Source: an uncultured Sphingomonadaceae bacterium
Lineage (GTDB): Bacteria; Pseudomonadota; Alphaproteobacteria; Sphingomonadales; Sphingomonadaceae
Reading direction: 5' to 3'
NCBI GenBank assembly: GCA_937995515.1
Contig: CALKJZ010000007.1
Location: 12,004-76,003 of the forward strand
Length of the DNA stretch: 64,000 nt
The notes below the pieces were generated by a model that saw only the letters and a list, made by a program, of their open reading frames with translations, did no database searches and had not been told where the DNA came from. Positions 59,838 through 64,000 of the stretch are shown in pieces (the stretch's first letter is position 1; every line of letters starts with the position of its first letter). A program made the position numbers and the translations under genes.

Positions 59838-60719
59838 ATGAACGACCATCGAGACGTGGTGCGCGCACCGGCGGCCGACGAGCCGACCTCCGGCCGCCGC
59901 TTCCATCCCGCGCGTGAAGAGGCGCCGCTTGCCGCGCGGCCGACGCCCACCCCGCAGACCGAGCACCCGGCCTATCGGCTGGCCTTCCAAGATCTCGATT
60001 TCCTGCTGCGGCCCGATCTGCGCCCGGTGCGCTTCCAGCTGGAACTGCTGAAGCCCGAGCTGATGCTGGCCGAGGCCGGCATTGCGTCTACCTTCGTCTT
60101 TTACGGCTCGGCGCGGATCCCGGCTCCCGGGGAGGCCGAGGCCCTGCGGGCTGCGGCAGGCTGCGAGCGGACGCGCGCGGTCGCCGAGCGGCTGATCGCC
60201 AAGTCCCGCTATTACGAGGAGGCGCGCAGGCTCGCCTATCTCGCCTCCTCGGCCCCGTGCAGCCGCCACGGGCGCGAGTTCGTCGTCTGCTCGGGCGGCG
60301 GGCCCTCGATCATGGAGGCCGCCAACCGGGGCGCGTTCGAGGCCGGGGCGCCGTCGATCGGGCTCAACGTGGTGCTGCCACACGAGCAGGTGCCCAACCC
60401 GTTCGTGACCCCGGGGCTCAGTTTCCAGTTCCACTATTTCGCGCTGCGCAAGATGCACTTCCTGATGCGCGCGCGGGCGGTCGCGGTGTTCCCCGGTGGC
60501 TTTGGCACCTTCGACGAGCTGTTCGAGCTGCTCACCCTCGTGCAGACGCGGAAGATGGAGCCCGTGCCGATCCTGCTCTTCGGGCGCGAGTTCTGGAGCC
60601 GGGTGGTCAGCTTCGAGGCGTTGGTGGACGAGGGCGTGATCAGCCCGGGCGATCTCGACCTGTTCGTGATCGTCGAGACGGCCGAGGAGGCCTGGCAGAT
60701 CGTCTGCCAGACGGCCTGA
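59838..60719 (+). CDS. LOG-family nucleotide phosphoribohydrolase (TIGR00730-type, PpnN/lysine-decarboxylase-like)
   Basis: Starts at ATG 59838. Contains VVCSGGGPSIMEAANRGA and the PGGxGTxxE motif (FPGGFGTFDELFE). Confidence 0.85.
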   Translation: MNDHRDVVRAPAADEPTSGRRFHPAREEAPLAARPTPTPQTEHPAYRLAFQDLDFLLRPDLRPVRFQLELLKPELMLAEAGIASTFVFYGSARIPAPGEAEALRAAAGCERTRAVAERLIAKSRYYEEARRLAYLASSAPCSRHGREFVVCSGGGPSIMEAANRGAFEAGAPSIGLNVVLPHEQVPNPFVTPGLSFQFHYFALRKMHFLMRARAVAVFPGGFGTFDELFELLTLVQTRKMEPVPILLFGREFWSRVVSFEALVDEGVISPGDLDLFVIVETAEEAWQIVCQTA

Positions 60720-60740
60720 GCCGGCGCCCCCGCGCTCAGG
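60715..60740. terminator. GC-rich hairpin between convergent genes with both stop codons in the stem
   Basis: The sequence is cctgagccgg-cgccc-ccgcgctcagg, a 10-bp stem with one bulge. It shares the TGAGC.GG...CCGCGCTCA arms with the hairpin at 11951-11978. Confidence 0.4.
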
Positions 60741-61356
60741 CCTCGGACGGTTGGGCCTCCGCCGGTTGGGCCTCGGCCGGCGCCTCCTCCGGCGGTGGCG
60801 CGGGCAGGGACGGCGGGTTTGGATCCTGGCTTGCGAGGAAGGCCATGATGTCCGCCCGCTCCTGGGCCCGGCTGATGCCGGCAAAGGCCATCGACGTGCC
60901 CGGGATGTAGGCGCGCGGGTTCTTCAGCCAGTTGTTCATGGCCTCCCAGTCCCACAGCTTGTCGGCGGTTGCGGCCATGGCCGAGGAATAGGAGAAGCCA
61001 GCGCGCTGGGCGTGGCGCTCCATCATGATCCCGTGCAGGTTGGGACCGATGCCGTTCGCCCCCCCGGCCTCGATCGAGTGGCAGGCGGCGCACTTGCGGA
61101 ACGCAGCCGCGCCCCGCTCCACGCTGGCCTGCGCGAGATAGAAGGCGATCGGCCGTTCGGCTTCCGCCTCGGCCGCTGCCGTTTCGGTCTCGACCCCCTC
61201 GACCACATAGGCCTGTTTTGCAAGCGGCTGGGGTATGAACATGTAGCCGGTGATGATGGTGAGCCCCAGCAGGACGATCAGCGCTGCAAGTGCGGCGCCG
61301 GCAATCCGGTTCCACTCGTAACTGTCCACCTCGGCCTTCCTCCGTGCATCGGGCAA
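60736..61356 (-). CDS. Membrane-anchored mono-heme cytochrome c (CycM / cytochrome cy type)
   Basis: It has an N-terminal TM anchor (IAGAALAALIVLLGLTIITGY), an Ala/Glu linker and a class I cytochrome c domain (FRKCAACHSIE...GPNLHG...M). A Pro-rich tail follows. The start is ATG 61356 or a nearby GTG. Confidence 0.85.
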   Translation of the reverse strand: MPDARRKAEVDSYEWNRIAGAALAALIVLLGLTIITGYMFIPQPLAKQAYVVEGVETETAAAEAEAERPIAFYLAQASVERGAAAFRKCAACHSIEAGGANGIGPNLHGIMMERHAQRAGFSYSSAMAATADKLWDWEAMNNWLKNPRAYIPGTSMAFAGISRAQERADIMAFLASQDPNPPSLPAPPPEEAPAEAQPAEAQPSEA

Positions 61357-61551
61357 GTGGCACGGGGATGCCCGGCCAGACCCGGGCCGGGCCCGAAGGC
61401 GCCCGCCGGGTCGCCGCGCTCATAGGGACAAGCCCCGGGCCTTGGCAATGGCTTGGCGCGCCGCGCCTTGTCGCACGGGGATGCGCCGGCCGCCCCGGCA
61501 CGCACCTTGGCCGTTGACGCGGGCCCAACGCGCGGCAATGCCCCCGCGGCC

Positions 61552-62448
61552 ATGGAAAGCTACCCAGCCCCGGCACGGACCATCGTCGAGACCCTGCGCG
61601 CCGCCGCCCGGGCTGCGCCCGAGCGCGCGGCCGCCTTCCAGGGCGCGCCGGGCGCCTATTCCCACCAGGCCGTGCGCCGGGCGCTGCCCGATGCCCTGCC
61701 GCTGCCCTGCTTCACCTTCGAGGAGACGATCGAGGCGGTTGTCGAGGGGCTTGCTGCGCACGCGGTTATCCCGGTCGAGAACAGCCTCTACGGCCGGGTT
61801 GCCGACGTGCATGTGCTGCTGCCCGAATCCGGGCTGTTCATCGTTGGCGAAACCTATGTGAAGGTCGAGCACTGCCTGCTCGGCCTGCCGGGCACGCCGC
61901 TTGCCGCGGTCAGCGAGGCGCTGTCCCACCCGCAGGCGCTCGGCCAGTGCCGGCACCGGCTGAAGGCGCTTGGCCTGCGGCCGGTGGCGCACGCGGATAC
62001 GGCAGCGGCCGCGGCTGCTGTGGCCGAGGCGGGCCAGCCGCAGGTCGCCGCCATTGCCTCGCGGCTCGCCGGCGAGCTCTACGGCTGCGACCTCCTCGTC
62101 GAGGGCCTGCAGGATGCCGACCACAATTGCACCCGCTTCCTCATCCTCGCGCGCACGCCGCGTCCGCTCGAGGGCGACGGGCCGCTCAAGACCAGCCTTG
62201 CCTTCGAGGTGAAGAACGTGCCCGCCGCGCTCTACAAGGCGCTGGGCGGCTTTGCCACCAACGGGGTCAATCTCACCCGGCTGGAAAGCCACCTGCGCGG
62301 CGGGCGGTTCACGGCAGCCGAGTTCGTGGCCGACATCGAGGGCGCGCCCGACCTGCCGCCAGTCCAGCGCGCGCTGGAGGAACTGGCCTTCCACTCGAAG
62401 TGGGTGCGCCTGCTCGGCACCTATCCCGCAGCCGCCCTCGAACCCTAG
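61552..62448 (+). CDS. pheA: Prephenate dehydratase (PDT + ACT domains)
   Basis: Starts at ATG 61552. Contains FQGAPGAYSHQA, IPVENSLYGRV, SHPQALGQC, NCTRFLIL and the ACT region LAFEVKNVPAALYKALGGF. Confidence 0.9.
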   Translation: MESYPAPARTIVETLRAAARAAPERAAAFQGAPGAYSHQAVRRALPDALPLPCFTFEETIEAVVEGLAAHAVIPVENSLYGRVADVHVLLPESGLFIVGETYVKVEHCLLGLPGTPLAAVSEALSHPQALGQCRHRLKALGLRPVAHADTAAAAAAVAEAGQPQVAAIASRLAGELYGCDLLVEGLQDADHNCTRFLILARTPRPLEGDGPLKTSLAFEVKNVPAALYKALGGFATNGVNLTRLESHLRGGRFTAAEFVADIEGAPDLPPVQRALEELAFHSKWVRLLGTYPAAALEP

Positions 62449-62451
62449 GGC

Positions 62452-62477
62452 GGCCGGGGCGCTTAAAGCCCCGGGCC
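62452..62477 (+). terminator. GC hairpin just after the pheA stop
   Basis: The sequence is ggccggggc-gcttaaa-gccccgggcc, a 9-bp stem with one bulge and a 7-nt loop. No U-tract follows. Confidence 0.35.
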
Positions 62478-62527
62478 TGCGGCCGTGGATGCCATGGCGG
62501 GTTCCGGCAGGCCCGGGCAGCACGGCC

Positions 62528-62578
62528 CGGGCAGCGAGATCCCGGACAGCGAGATCCCGGGCAGCGAGATCCCGGGCA
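62528..62578 (+). repeat. Tandem 15-bp repeat (cgggcagcgagatcc), 3 full copies plus a partial one
   Basis: The units are at 62528-62542, 62543-62557 (one mismatch) and 62558-62572, with a partial copy to 62578. Confidence 0.85.
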
Positions 62579-62637
62579 AGGCAAGGTCCTGCGAGGTTCC
62601 GGCAGCTGCAGGTCGGGCCGGCCGGGCCGGGTTGCCG

Positions 62638-62682
62638 GAGGATCGTTGGCGCGAGGATCGAAGGCAGGAGGATGGACAGAAG
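62638..62682 (+). repeat. Three 15-bp-phased units beginning GAGGAT(C/G)G
   Basis: The units are gaggatcgttggcgc, gaggatcgaaggcag and gaggatggacagaag. Confidence 0.6.
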
Positions 62683-62743
62683 ACGCAACGCAAGGCCCGG
62701 GTCCGGCACGTCTGCCGGGAAGCGAGGGATGGCGCGGCGGCCC

Positions 62744-62773
62744 CTGTTCGGCAGCAATCTGTTCGGCAGCAAT
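62744..62773 (+). repeat. Two perfect tandem copies of ctgttcggcagcaat (15 bp)
   Basis: The copies are at 62744-62758 and 62759-62773, about 30 nt upstream of the ATG at 62803. Confidence 0.85.
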
Positions 62774-62802
62774 CGCCGCGCCGCTGCCGGAGCGCGCTCG
62801 AG

Positions 62803-64000
62803 ATGAGCTTCCAGTTCAAGCCGCCCGTTGCCAGCGAGGCCAGGGTCCACTGGCGCGAGCTCGTCACGCTGGGGCCGGAGGATGATCCGTTCTGGCGCCG
62901 GGTGCGCACCGCGCAGCTCGATTTCCTCTCGCGGTACCTGCCCATCAATGTCGCAGTTGTGACCGGCAACATGGCGGTCGTGCTGGCCGCGCTCGCCGAA
63001 GAAGCCTCGCCCTTTGTGCTCGCGGCCTGGTTTTTCGTCCAGGCGGCGGCGCTTCTCATCTGGGTGCCGCGCTTCTTCCACGAGGCGCGCCACGGCGCGA
63101 CACCGGCGACCCGCGCCCATGTGCGGCAGGTGATCGGCGAGTTGTTCGTCGTCGGCGCGGCCTGGGCGGTCCTGTTTGTCGACGTGCTCTCGAAGACGAC
63201 GCCGTCGAACGGCATGCTGGTGGTGGCCATGACGATGGCTGCCATCAGTGTCACGGCCTTTACGACCGCCATCTTTCCGCTCGGTGCGCTCGCGCTCTCG
63301 GGGCCGATCCTTGCCGGCACCGTCTACGGCCTTATCGCCAACAACTGGCCGGGGATCTGGATGCTGCAGATCGTGATGGCCAGCTTCCTGATCGTGATCG
63401 TGCGGGGCAACATGCTGACCACCTTTGCCTTCCTTGCCCGGCTGAAGACGCAGGACCGGCTGCTCGAGCAGGAGGAGGTGGTCCGCCTGCTCCTCACCGA
63501 GTTCGAGGCCAATGGCACGGACTGGCTGTTCGAATATGATGCCGACGGCCGGCTGACCTTTGCCTCGGCCCGCTTTGCGGAGGCGCTGCGCCGGCCGGTC
63601 GAGGAGGTGGTTGGCAGCCACTGGACCAGTTTCCTGAAGGATCCCGAGGCGCGCGCGCGCTTCCGCGAGATCGTGCGCAACGGCCAGCCCTATCGCGACG
63701 TGCTGCTGCGCGTGGAAATCGAGGGCGAGACCCGCTGGTGGCAGCTTTCCGGCACGCCCAAGTTTGGCCCCGACGGCCGGCTTGCGGGCTATCGCGGCGT
63801 CGGCTCTGACGTGACCGACCGCGAGCGCTCGGCGGCGCGGATCGCCGAGCTTGCGACCTTCGACACGCTGACCGGCCTCGTCAATCGCCGCATCATCCAT
63901 GCGACCCTCACCGAAGGCCTGCGCAGCCCCGATGGCGTTTCGCTCCTGTTCGTCGACCTCGACCGGTTCAAGGCCGTCAACGACAGTCTCGGCCATGGTG
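62803..64000 (+). CDS. Membrane-bound PAS-GGDEF signalling protein (diguanylate cyclase family), 3'-truncated by the window end
   Basis: This gene is absent from the ORF track because there is no stop codon before the window end. My own translation from ATG 62803 begins MSFQFKPPVASEARVHW. Several TM helices follow (INVAVVTGNMAVVLAAL, FVLAAWFFVQAAALLIWV, LFVVGAAWAVLFV, MLVVAMTMAAISVTAFTTAIF). A PAS-like module comes next (WLFEYDADGRLTFASARFAEAL...WWQLSGTPKF...GYRGVGSDVTDRE). The start of a GGDEF domain is then visible (FDTLTGLVNRR...LLFVDLDRFKAVNDSLGHG). Confidence 0.8.
   Translation, partial: MSFQFKPPVASEARVHWRELVTLGPEDDPFWRRVRTAQLDFLSRYLPINVAVVTGNMAVVLAALAEEASPFVLAAWFFVQAAALLIWVPRFFHEARHGATPATRAHVRQVIGELFVVGAAWAVLFVDVLSKTTPSNGMLVVAMTMAAISVTAFTTAIFPLGALALSGPILAGTVYGLIANNWPGIWMLQIVMASFLIVIVRGNMLTTFAFLARLKTQDRLLEQEEVVRLLLTEFEANGTDWLFEYDADGRLTFASARFAEALRRPVEEVVGSHWTSFLKDPEARARFREIVRNGQPYRDVLLRVEIEGETRWWQLSGTPKFGPDGRLAGYRGVGSDVTDRERSAARIAELATFDTLTGLVNRRIIHATLTEGLRSPDGVSLLFVDLDRFKAVNDSLGHG

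Noticed and set aside
62494-62802. The ATG at 62494 as the true start of the PAS-GGDEF protein, giving a 103-aa repeat-containing extension.
   Set aside because: This is not adopted as the primary call. Codon third-position G+C deteriorates across 62638-62790, and an SD-like GGAG precedes the ATG at 62803. It is kept as an open alternative in the findings.

Overview
This is a 64-kb bacterial chromosomal segment that is very GC-rich (about 70% G+C by eye, not computed). Gene content and order look alphaproteobacterial (inference): ccmFGHI, a fused phaAB plus phaCDEFG antiporter, serC-serA-hisZ-purA, a membrane-anchored cytochrome c, and pheA. I can support about 41 protein-coding loci, 3 of them pseudogenes. 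I found no rRNA, tRNA, CRISPR, transposase or integrase.

Housekeeping blocks:
- Cytochrome c maturation (7.7-12.0 kb).
- gdhA, a serine hydrolase and selO (37.6-42.1 kb).
- Mrp/Pha cation:proton antiporter (42.1-48.0 kb).
- purA, hisZ, serA, serC, a LOG-family gene, a cytochrome c and pheA (54.5-62.4 kb).

Unusual blocks:
1. 28-7476 is a translationally coupled 4-gene operon. It encodes a cNMP-binding flavo-FeS oxidoreductase, a His-rich 5-TM protein, an FHA-anchored decaheme cytochrome c and an orphan E1-like TPP enzyme.
2. 11976-17681 is a CHASE2 adenylate-cyclase sensory module with a FecR-like protein, a TPR/beta-barrel outer-membrane protein and a cNMP phosphodiesterase.
3. 17695-28070 is a tpsB-tpsA two-partner secretion pair. 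Its exoprotein is an atypical 2869-aa repeat protein.
4. 28260-37286 is a tightly packed 4-gene cluster: a multiheme cytochrome, a double GlcG/HbpS lipoprotein, a beta-barrel and a 1300-aa decaheme-LVIVD-propeller fusion. It looks like a new kind of porin-cytochrome conduit.
5. 49065-52815 holds three adjacent decayed genes (egtB, egtD and a BCCT transporter).

Several short tandem-repeat arrays (9, 11 and 15 bp units) and a recurring stop-codon-embedding hairpin at convergent gene junctions are also visible. Most long ORFs in the supplied track that lie antisense to, or out of frame with, the genes listed here are artefacts of the GC content. The last gene (PAS-GGDEF, from 62803) runs off the window and is missing from the ORF track.
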